A stretch of 64,000 nt of DNA from Dicyema japonicum (lineage: Eukaryota > Animalia > Dicyemida). Where the stretch lies: positions 2,253,991-2,317,990 of the forward strand of contig RDEW01000003.1 in NCBI GenBank assembly GCA_011109175.1, read 5' to 3'. Below are positions 53,106-64,000 of the stretch, in pieces (the first letter of the stretch is position 1; each line of letters opens with the position of its first letter). Under the pieces are notes generated by a model, which saw only the letters and a program-made list of their open reading frames with translations, was not told the DNA's origin and made no database searches. The translations under genes and the position numbers were made by a program.

Positions 53106-55150
53106 TTTAACTTTATCAAAGTTTTATTGTTTTGGTTGACCCAATTCTTATTATAACATGAGATTGTTCTTTGCTGCCTAAGGTTTAATGGTTTTATTCG
53201 GTTGTCCCCAATCTCCTTGTTGCCTAGGAAGGTAAGCGTAGACAATATTACCCCCCGGTTGGGAACCACTGGTTTTATTGATGGACTTTGGGACAATTAA
53301 ACCTTAATATCTCGACAAGTCACATTATACTAAATTTGTGTGTCTGTGTATGTTGACCTCTTCTAACTTGGAGACCTACCCTCGTGGTCCCAGTGACCTC
53401 CAAAATCCTATTTTAACTTTAATATAAAAATCAAAATTTCGACCTCTTCTAACATGGGGACCTCTCCCTTGTGGTCTCTAATCCTCACCATTTATCATAA
53501 AGATCATTTTTAAATTATTCTGGTCCACGTATGGAAGGGATTGATCTCACTTACCAATAAAGTGAGCAAATACTTCTTAATTCATGAACTTGAAAGAAGA
53601 GGTATTGTCTAAGGAAAACTGGGATTCTGGGGTCATTAAACCCAATAAACGCATGTGGCAACAATCGTGAATTCATTAACCGAAAATACAAAATTAAACA
53701 ATCTGAAATTTTCATTGTAAAAAATGTTGAATTACAAAACGAGTGTTTCCATGGTTTTTATTACTCGACAGTGGAATTCATGAATCCAAATGGGGTCAGA
53801 TTTCCGGCGTTCGGACGATCTTCGTGAACGCTGGTATTCGACCGAGTTTTGCTCGCTATTTTGAGAGGAAATAGTCATGCGATTTGAGCTTTCTATTTAA
53901 TTAATTATTATCTGTTTGATAAAACGAAGAAAACGATCACTATGATCGAAGTATAGATCACCTAGAAGCAGTCATTAGTAGAAAAGCTACTGGCGAGTGA
54001 ATAAAAACTAATATAGCACAAACTTAGAACGGTACTGTTACCTGGTTACACCAACATCACTAGAATACGTCTAAAGTCAAAATTATTTGTTGAGGAAAAC
54101 ATGCATGTGGTCTTACTCGAAGAAGAGACGTGATTAGCTAGTTTGGTGTTACCAATTAAAACTTTGGAATCCGTGGAGATTTTATTGTGCCATTAATTGA
54201 AGACCATAGGATCCGACTAACTCAGCAGACGCCCAGTGCATGGATGGGATCCAAAAACGGTCCTCTTTTCTCTACCCCTGTACGATCCTATCTTGTACTT
54301 TCATTTAGTAGGGATCCAGTTTGACAGGATAAATTGCCTATTGGGAAGCGTCTGTGTTGCTTTTAGAGTTTTTAGGATGATCATTAGAGTCGTTATTCAC
54401 TCTAGTGCTGTGGCCACCGTAAAAGATAGTCCTGAGTAGAATATGACTCCCATAATGTTCGGCGTGATATTTGGGAAAATGATTGGCTCTGTGTTGTAGT
54501 GCCTTTCACATGCAGTAAATAACGTTGCAAAGGACCTCGCTGGGATACTTTGAGTCGCATTGGATCAGGGTGCCCAACATTTCTTTTACAACCTTAGTGG
54601 TTGGTTGATGATCACTGGCAGTGTGGATGATTCCATTAGGGACATAAAAATGAAATATTTGTCAGTAGATCGTTCCACGTCATGTATACATAGGCTGAAG
54701 ACGCCTAAGAAAGTGAAGTAACTTGGGGAATTTTTTTATCAGATAGGTGTCTTCACTAAACCGTATGCCTTTGTCATATAAACAGTTCTTCTATGTTACC
54801 ACATTGGTGACCACGTATTATTTATTTGATAATCACGCTAATTAACGTCTAATTAAGGTATATCCAGATTTTATGGTAGGATTAAGACGCATCCTTTCCA
54901 AGCATCCATATCCACATCTAAGTGGGAGTATAGGAGATAATCATTTTTAGATGCCGGGAAGACACTAGACATCTACTAGACAGATGGCTCACATGACGTC
55001 TTCTAAGGCTCAAAATGATGATAATTCTTAACAATTAATATTTTTTACATTTTTAGCTTTTTTTAAATACAAAATAATATCCTCCTCTGAATGATAATTT
55101 TTTATATTTAAAATCTTAAATTTATAATTAAAATTTAAATAATATTTTTC

Positions 55151-55568
55151 ATGTATGACTCTAAGAATTTTGTTGGTAGTGAATCAACTAAAGAATACGT
55201 TCCTCCTTTCATAAATGAACGTATAACCGATCTAATAGACAAATGTATTAAAATTGACTCTGACCTTCACAACATAAACGAAAAATTCAACCAAAATAGC
55301 GATGATTTCGCTAAATGGTTGAATTCGCACATTTTGATTATGAGAGACCAGTTGGATACCTTTTCTGTGGCATTTACTCAACTAACGAATGTATTTATCA
55401 TTTCATATTCAAGTCGATGACATGTGCTGTATCCGATGCTCTTTCATTCAAATCCAAACTGGAGTCGGCCAGGAAACTTTCTAAATCCATGTATTTGCAT
55501 TTTTGTATTTAAGAAAGGGACTTGTTCACTGTGTGGATCAACTTGAAAGGATAGCTTCTAAGGGATAA
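55151..55568 (+). CDS. Hypothetical small helical/coiled-coil protein (~123 aa)
   Basis: Two 23-nt GT-AG introns join three exons in frame to TAA 55566-55568; preceded by an AT island. Confidence 0.65.
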
Positions 55569-56517
55569 TTGTATATTGACATCATTGTGTTTGTAAGTGA
55601 ATGGTGGTTTGATGTCTGTTTATTTGGAAGTAGTTTATGGGGGAGAGTGAAATAAGTAAATCGGCTTTCTAAGGGAAAATTGGGTGAATAGTAATGCTCT
55701 AGAGTTCTATTTGTGACCATCATGTGATCGAGAAGACAGCCAAGCGGCTAAGGTTTGAATTCCAAGTTGGCTACTTGATCGAAGATTTCTACTACTTTCC
55801 TCTGAACTTCTCTTACCTTGTTCTGGTAAAGTGATTCCATGTGATCTACAAATCTCAGATGGTGCTCACTCTCCGCCACTTCTCTGTATGGGTTTCCTGT
55901 ACTGCCCTTGCTTCTGATTCTAGGTGGATTGTGTGTAATATCGGAGACTTATGTGTCTGAAACAACTATTAACTTCTTGATGGGTTAATACACGTGTGGC
56001 TAAAATAATTTTATTATTTTTTGATATTTATAAATTTAGAATAAAATAAATAAATCATTATTAATTAGTCTAATCAAATATAGCCTAGTATGTGCCAGGT
56101 GGACCCCTTTTATGGAAATCCAAGAATAACTCTCCACTATGACCTCTCTTTGCTGCATATGCGGGGCTATAAGTATTATGGCTCTCGTGAAAGTTCTTAT
56201 GATAATTACTGATCAGGGTTAACTGGGCACCAAAAACCATTTGACTTTCACTTCATTGGGATGGCTTTGTGATATTCCTGCTCTCTTCAAACTCCACCGC
56301 CCTACCGATTCAAATCTTAACGTGGGACTTGCACTTATATAGGAGTCGAATCTCTCCAAAACAGTGCCCACTCTTTGTTTTCCGGCATACTTCGTACTCA
56401 GAAAAGGACCGATTGGGGGATCTGGCAGAGGATTCTTAATAATGGTGAAGATCGGACCTATATTTAGGGATGAATGTTATATAGGGATGAATGTGGAAAA
56501 ATGCTATATTTAGGGAT

Positions 56518-59500
56518 GAATGTGGAAAAAAATGTTAGCGTGGTGTCATGTGGCTCACCAGAAACGGTGTCACCCATTCCGAAATGGAACGAAAAGAGCC
56601 AACAGCTTCTCCCCACCGTCTGGTGGTCCTTTCATCCCCTGTGTCTTCGACCCTCTCTGGTGTCCCCATTTATCCAGACTTTTGATTCTTCTATGTGGGA
56701 CGTCGAAACCAATCCTGGTCCATGGAGAGGTTTTACAATTATACAACTGAATACGAATGGGATCAGGAAGAAAATCTTTGAACTCCGGGCACTCCTCCGC
56801 GAAAATGAGGCTGACCTCGCTTTAATACAGGAGTCCAAGCTATCTCCCTCCATACCAACACCCTCTTTTCCCGGATACACAGTGATCCGTAAAGATCGTC
56901 AGGGAGGACGCGGAGGAGGACTACTTACTATTATAAAGAACGATATTCTTTTATGGATACAACCAACGAACCTCGAGCTTCTTGGCTCCGACAAGACTTT
57001 GGAGCAGATTACTGTCAAAATCGAGTTATTCCCATCCTTTTGGATCCATTTGGCTAATTATATATTCCTCCACAAGGATCGTGTCCGTCATCTTACACCC
57101 CTGATTTATCACGCATTTCAACATTGAAAAATCTACTGTTATGTGGGGATCTTAATGCACGACATCCCGTTTGGCTCACTTCCCAATCCTCTGATAACCG
57201 AGGAGAACTCATTGCAAGTTATCTTCCTGACCTGATTATACTGAACAACCCTAACTCACATACGAGGACTCCATTAAGGATGACTGATAGCTGCACATCC
57301 CCCGACTTAACATTATGCTCACCTTCTCTGGCTGGACTCATTTCCTGGAACGTCTTTTACGGCTTCCCCAGTGACCACAATCCAATCCTTCTAAAATTGA
57401 GAGGTCTTCGACGATACAGGAGACGGTCGGCGGAATCAAAAAGATTCAAGGATTATACGAAGGTTGACTGGTCTGGTTTCAGTAACCTTGTGGATAAATT
57501 CTTGGCCGGGAGATTATCCTTCCCAATACGCTCTATTGACGAGGCCGCAGAAATTATCAGCGCTGCCATTCAGAAAGCTGACCATATTTTTATTCCTATA
57601 TCGTCATACAAGAAGTTTATTCCTACCCTCAGCTCTTATACAATAAGTCTTATAAAACAAAGAGACCGGCTGAAGAGATGCCATCTGTTGGACATGAAGT
57701 CTTTGACAGCCCTCAGACAACTGAATAAAAGATCTGTCAGAGCATAAAAGAACACAAGGACAAGAGATGGCAGCATCTAGTTAACCACCTCGACAGGAAA
57801 AGTACATCCCGACACTTCTGGAAAACTCTTAAACAAGTCAAGTCGGAGCTGGATGATGCAGACGGAACCGGAAAGTCTTCTCCTGAACACTTATGCCACC
57901 TACATCCTAACATCCTTATGAAACATTACGCTGGAATTAGCTTCAAACCATTCTCGAAACACCTGGACATTAAGGTGCGTGCCCATAAACCGAAGAAGGA
58001 ACCTTATCACGAACTATTCACAGATGACCAAGTCTTGGATGTGATCACCAGATTAAAGAGCTCACGGGCGTGCGGGCCTGACAAAGTATCTTCTATTCAC
58101 CTAAAACACCTAAGCCACTACGCAATTGGCTACCTCACGCATATATACAATCTGTCCATTAACTATAATATTATTCCTAAGATTTGGAAGAATTCTATCA
58201 TCAGACCGATATTGAAGGCTGGGAAACCAGAGACAGAACCTGCATCCTACAGGCCTATTTCCGTTACCAGCACACTGTCAAAAATTATGGAGAAACTTGT
58301 ATTATCAGTCATTATTCCGTATCTTCCGCGTCCTATATTTCAACATGGTTTCCTCCGCGGTAGGTCCACCGCTACATACTTGGCAACTTTATCGCAGTTC
58401 ATTGCCGACGGTTTTAACACCCATCCTCCGCCTCACAAACGCACAATCTTGGTTTCTATTGACATCAACAAAGCCTTTGACACTGTTTCGAGGAAAATCT
58501 TGGTTGGAAAAATTTTTTCTACTAATATTCGTCCGAATGTGAAATTATGGCTGGCCAACTTTTTGTCTGGAAGACGTGGAAGAGTAGTCAGTGGTGATCT
58601 CAGATCTAGATCACGATTACTACCGAACGGGGTACCCCAGGGGTCTCCACTTTCACCAATTCTATTCAACCTTTTCCTACACGACCTACCTAATGATGGA
58701 GACGAAGATTCCCTGTTATTATCCTACGCAGACGACGTAGTCATTGCAATACGGAACCGCTCGACGCAAGTCGCATCCCTTAAAACTCAGACAAAATTGA
58801 ACATTCTCCACGATTGGATTGCTGGCAATCGACTAACGATTTCTGCAACCAAGTCTATCTGTTCCACATTCACGTCGGACCGTCGTTCCAAGGATGAACC
58901 GAGTCTTTTCATTGGTCCCACTAGGATTCCAGTGACAAAGTCCCCCATTGTCCTTGGAGTCAAGTACGACAGCCTTCTCAAATTCAACTCCCACGCAGAC
59001 ATGATCACCAGGGGCCTCCAGAAAGTTAACGTTATACGCGCCCTTGTTCGGAGGACCACGAGGAACATGGACTTTTCCGTTTCTACACTCTACCAACAAA
59101 CAATCGCGCCTGCCATTGAGTATGCCTCCGTTGCATGGAGATTCGGGCTATCGGAGTCTTTGGTCCAAAGAATCAACTCGATATACCGGAAAACAATCAG
59201 TATGCTTTCCCCACGTAATGGATCAACAGTCGACCCACTACTCATGGAAGCTAAGATCCGTAGTCGTGGCTCCGGATTTCTTCGCCTCTGTGAGGAAGAT
59301 GGAAATCCGCTTCGCCTATCCTTCCCATGGCAAGAGAAAACCGATTGGATAAGAAATTCCCCTCCCCGATCGGATTCCTCTGCAAGACCGAGAGAAGGCT
59401 CTTCCGGAAAGTAGTGGGGACGATGGAGATCACAGACGTCGAATGGCACAAGTGATTGCGAGGACTGGGATCACCTAACTGTCTGACTCTTTTGTCTTTC

Positions 59501-59539
59501 TTTCTCGGTGTTCCCGGGTTATTAAAATAAAATAAATAA
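56518..59539 (+). mobile_element. Near full-length Vingi/Ingi-like LINE (2A peptide - APE - RT, no RNase H)
   Basis: LLILLCG/DVETNPGP, IIQLNTNG, LIQESK, CGDLNA, SDHNP, YRPISVTS, DINKAFD, GVPQGSPLSP, YADD. About 3.0 kb, (aaat)n tail, TSD atatttagggat (56506-56517 / 59540-59551). Inserted into an older APE relic (56300-56460 and 59552-59900). Confidence 0.93.
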
Positions 59540-60319
59540 ATATTTAGGGATATTTCCCAAGATATGTCCTTTCAAATACTCTGGAGCACATTTCTATTGT
59601 ACTGTCCTTTTTGCCGTAGAGATATTTTGAACTCTAACAATCACATTCCACCTCAGAGGTGATGTAGGCATCATTTACTCCTAACCTATCGAGACTATGC
59701 GGATTGAGAGACCAAATTCTATGTGGTTATTTGAGCCCCAAATAGTCTCATTGATTGGAATTTCAGCTAACCGACGGTTGGGGTGAATACATGTGGATCT
59801 TTTAACGATCAGATGCTCATATCAGTAGCCCAATATTTTGAAATTAGACTTGACCTTCCCAATGAACATATCAATGGAAGGCTAGTGCTTGCCAAGAGGT
59901 AAGCTTTCGTAGAAAGACGAGGCTAACTCTTCTGGTTATCCTAGGAAATAACCTGAAAACATTGGAAAAGAGTTGAAATCCACGAATGACTTACTGAGAT
60001 CACTAGTTAATGATGGGGGAAGATTGACATTGTAATTTGCTGTACATGTATGGCTATAAGTATTATGGGTCTTGTAAAGTGGTTATAGTTACCTTGTTCT
60101 TCCCCTAACCCTGAGTTTAAGTATAGTAAAGCTGAAGAGTTTAAGTGTAGTAAAGCTATTTCGTCGTGTACCAGAAATACGTCACCAGCTCGACCAATTA
60201 GCCAGTAGGATAATGTGATGATACTCATAGTCGGTGAATACCCTTCTAATAAAAAATTGGGAGATTTGAATTTTTCTAGAAAAATTTGAAAAGTTATGCC
60301 ATTTAAACATTAAAAAGTA

Positions 60320-60444
60320 CAGTAAAACCTCTCGAATCCGCCGATTTTCGGACCGGCCAAAAATCTAGGGATTCGAAAAACAGGCAGATTCGATAATTGT
60401 CCTAAATTTTTGATTAAAACAAGCGGATTCGGGAAGTTTGGCTG
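60320..60444. mobile_element. Tigger/pogo-type MITE
   Basis: TA|cagtaaaacctctcgaatccgc ... gcggattcgggaagtttggctg|TA: imperfect TIRs with TA TSD. Confidence 0.75.
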
Positions 60445-60559
60445 TATATTGTCAAAAGTGAGGCAAACTGAATCAAAAAACACAGAGTATAAATTATAAA
60501 CATCGTCATCACATGCTAATGTTGTCTCCTAACATTTTTTACTATTGTCGAAAAACCAA

Positions 60560-61750
60560 GTTAATTCATACTCTCACATCATTCGTTACTACTATGTCCT
60601 TTCTGGAGACCAATCAAGGAGTCTCCCCAACGTCGGATAGGAGCTCTCCTGTATCGGTATAGATCTCACAACATACAACTGTTGAAAGAGATTTTCACAT
60701 TTCAGTATGACCATCGTCCATGGTGATTCCCATTGTCTTTTGGGAGTTGGAGCATGATTTCTCAGTAATGCCTTGTGTTTTCGAATATATTTATTAAAAA
60801 AGTAAATTGAAATAATGCAAAAAATGTATAATTGTGGTTTTTTTTGCATTACAACTACTGCATTAGCTTGGACTCTTTCCAATGTCCTCTTTTCTTAGTC
60901 CATGATACTTGACAATTTAGAGTCGAGGGTTATACTTTTAGAATGTCCGACATCCTCTTCTCTACGATTTCTTTGTAGTACTACTCTCTTTAGCTCTACC
61001 GCATTCACGCGTATCGTCCATGCTTCAAGTAAGAGTTCCTTTGGTGTAGGAATTCTTGGAAAAGAAGGCCTGATACTCACCTTAGAAATGTCCAATTTTA
61101 GTTTCTAGCCTTTACTATTTCAGAACTGACGTGGAACAATCATGAAAGCCAAATCATTGGCCTCTTAGGAAGGTTTCCTCTTCCAACAAGTTTGAGATCC
61201 TTCCGAGTACAATTGGTTCCATAATCTTTGATATACCGCATATAAGGCTGATCTGCTTATAACTTTGCGGATCCTTCTTTTGCTTTTCTGGTTTTGCATC
61301 ATCCGGACTATGGTATTTTTTTCAACAATTGGGTATTTGTAAGAATTTGGTCTCCCATTAAAAAAGTCATAGAGGAAGTCAAATAAAATATAACGGCCTT
61401 CTTTAAACATCTATGTTTCGATGTGGTCATTTTTTCTTGGAACTCTGTATGGCCATCTTGACCTCTGAGAAAGAAATCTCTAGGGAAAGTCACTCGGAAG
61501 TATTGCTATTAGCAAATCCATAACATCTCTCAGAGCCTCACTGTCACAGCCATTATTAGTCAGGTCCAGCATCTTCTTTAGTTGTGTTTTGAGATAGAAG
61601 AGACTTAATCCTCCACAACGATGGATCGTTTATTAAATTTAGATAATTCCGATTTTCACTCGTTCTCTGTTCAATTACCAAATAATTGCGGCATTTGCAG
61701 ATCCTAAACCTCTTCGCTCATAGCAACGTGGTCCTGGGGATCTACGCATC
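60560..61750 (-). mobile_element. Highly degenerate non-LTR retrotransposon C-terminal region (possibly RLE-type)
   Basis: Fragmented basic ORFs with GGLSL- and IRVNA-like motifs; family assignment is weak. Confidence 0.3.
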
Positions 61751-62999
61751 TTATCAGCTTCGCTCATATTGTTTATCTCTAGGGATTTGATCAGGTCTGT
61801 CACGTATTTATTATCCCTTGTAACCTCTTATATATTCGAGAATATCCTTTTTCTCAAATAGAACCTCTCTCAGCCCTATTATCTCAACTTGGTGGAATCC
61901 CCACTGATCCACGCAAAAGACTGAAATAACAAAAATCTTTGTTTCATGAATGTCTTTTTTGAAAACTTACATTTCTTAGATGGTTTTCAAAAGCTTGAAT
62001 TGTCAGATATTCAGATTGCAAATCTATTGTGTCTTTTTTATCTCGATCTCATCTTGGAAGGTTTTACATCGAAAAGATCAATTATCCATGGCGGAATAAC
62101 TAAGTGAGATCAATATATCGTGTTTGAAAATCGTTGTACATCTCTTAAGATTATATATGTAAATTTGTAAATCCTCTTCTTTAAGAGTATTTTGTCTTTT
62201 CAATAAATTTTGAAACTGTGATAATTCGTTGCGTTCAAAATTAATACAATAAAGTTCAAGTTTTGTTTGAAATGGCTTAGCCTCTTCGCAATGAATGAGA
62301 TCGATATTTTTCCATGTAATTTCCTGTTAAGCTTGTTTAATTTCTCGAAAATATCGGCTTTAGCAATAATAAGTTTTTTCAGTGAAACCCTTATTTTTCA
62401 CAAACAAAAAGATTCAGACAATTTACTTTTGAGAGCCACCTTACAGTCGTGTTCATTTTCTTCACATAATAATCGAAAAAGACGAATTTTATATAATTGA
62501 CATCAATAACCACGGAAAGAGAAATAACAAGTCGACCTCTCAAATTTTTAGAAATTAAATGTTGTCGGTGAATGCGAAAATAGATGATGCGCGGAATTTT
62601 AAGTATGCCAATTCGTCTATCTGTGATGAAAAGTATGTATTTAAATGTTGAGACTCGATTTCCTGTGCCATATCATCGATTCTTCTGGTAACAGTAGATC
62701 TACTTAATTGAATGTAATATTTCATCTGAATCCAAATTTTGAACTTGAGATAAAAAAGTCAACCTCAAAGTAAATTATATAAGAATACTAGCGTTGAAAA
62801 AAATAGTTAAAAATATAAACAATTTTATTATTAAATGTCACAGTCCAGAACTGCGAGAGGGAAGAGCTGCGAGGTTTTAAAAATATAATTAAGACGAGAG
62901 GCCAGAGCTGCGAGGTTTTTAAAAATATTATTAGGACCTGTCGTCGACAATCCGTCATGTGTCAAGTTTCCAGAAGCACATCACCCTAGTTAGCTATCT

Positions 63000-63115
63000 C
63001 ACGAACACTGTCCCCCGCCCATAATGGGCTGAAAAAGCTCTTCAGGATTGTCAGGATCACCTAATTAATTTAAACGAGATTAACTATTGGTGTTTTTGGG
63101 TTAAATAAAAAAAAT
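63000..63115 (+). mobile_element. Vingi-like 3' end fragment
   Basis: ggatcacctaa..gggttaaataaaaaaaa. Confidence 0.5.
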
Positions 63116-63704
63116 TGCCTCGGATCCGTGAAGCAGCATTAAAATAGAACATGTTTCCGTGCTAACTCCCTTTCCTTTCTAAATTAATTTTCAATTTAGC
63201 ATTTTGCTCATAGGAACCCTTAGTATTCAACCAGCTTACTGAAAGTAGATTATGCAGCGGTATGTTTGATACAATTTTTTCAAAGAACACAAGCCAAAAA
63301 ATTAAAATTATCATATCTTTTTGACCCGCCTTATATGTATAGTGTAAATATTTTTATCTTAATCATCTTGAATTGTGATCATTTGTCTTTCGGCATTCGT
63401 TACTGTATATTTTTTCGTTGAAATTTGATCATATAAGGGGTATTTTCTATTATCGGCGATTGCGTCTCTGTCGTGGTGTATTAAAATTTTATCGTCGTCT
63501 TCAATTTTTTCCTATTTCTCTTCTACGGTTTTTCATTTTTTCGCCTGATTTGACAAAATTTTCCAGGGCAATTCTTCGTTTTTCTTGTCTCTCTAAATTT
63601 ATCGAGGCGATGAACTAATTCTTCCTCGTTTTCATTTTAGCCGTTAAAATCCAGTAGCGTTTCTAATTCACTTTTTTATATTTTTTTAGAAAAAAAATGA
63701 TCTT

Positions 63705-63889
63705 CACTTTTTCTTGTGTGTGGGTCCTTTCTAGACAATTCAGTTCCGCAGTGAGTATCCACTGATGACGGCGTCACTCGTCAAACCCTTTTGGCATCGT
63801 AGATGCGTGAAACCTTCCACCAGGTGAACAGGAGCGAATCGAACCTAAGTCACTTTAGCCCGACACCTAAACACTATGCCCACGCGGCA
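63705..63889 (-). mobile_element. tRNA-derived SINE, family A (most complete copy)
   Basis: Minus strand: A-box-like gggcatagtg, B-box ggttcgattc, shared body, tail gacccacacacaagaaaaa. Confidence 0.7.
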
Positions 63890-64000
63890 ATAAACTATAT
63901 AATTTTAAATATACAACTACAATGTATTTTAGTTTTAATTCAGATTTCTCAATATAAAAGAATCGCTAGGCCGCGGATTCTTTGAAACTGAGACTTTGAA

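Noticed and set aside
56460-56520. ttaggg as telomeric repeat or telomere-addition site
   Set aside because: Isolated hexamers within the TSD-derived duplication, not a tandem array.
62000-63650. Possible DNA-transposon or integrase relics, including the gagctgcgaggtttt repeat at ~62845 and ~62906
   Set aside because: Too degenerate to assign a family or boundaries by eye.
63761-63790. ctgatga (also 51134, 51551) as a hammerhead ribozyme core or C/D-box snoRNA
   Set aside because: No stem II followed by GAAA and no paired D box; better explained as SINE sequence.
1-64000. Alternative genetic code, CRISPR array, rRNA or prokaryotic operon
   Set aside because: TAA, TAG and TGA all terminate genes, internal stops fall within introns or after indels, and no repeat-spacer array or rRNA motif was seen.

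Overview
Eukaryotic, probably animal, genomic DNA. About 12 compact host genes (SDHB, PSME3, VMA21, ALG11, FNTB, CFAP92-like, an NHE6/7/9-type exchanger, ankyrin-type CLPB/Skd3, Haspin, CCDC178-like, a CTR copper transporter, plus two orphans) are split by roughly 70 miniature introns, mostly 21-27 nt and up to about 31-35 nt. These introns have almost no consensus beyond GT..AG. Tiny introns at ancestral animal positions, together with ciliary genes, suggest a dicyemid-like reduced metazoan (inference). The genes sit among dense transposon debris: three divergent CRE-clade (RT + restriction-like endonuclease) retrotransposons, one with an N-terminal PHD finger; a near full-length ~3 kb Vingi/Ingi-like LINE with a viral-type 2A (StopGo) motif and a structured 5' leader; two apparently new tRNA-derived SINE families; and hAT, Tc2/pogo and Tigger remnants. 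The least explained signal is a strong, reading-frame-independent excess of the palindrome CACGTG in host DNA (34 hand-counted sites). Several housekeeping genes carry small indels in homopolymers that look like long-read assembly errors. All exon/intron parses, counts and family assignments were made by eye and from recalled motifs, without searches.
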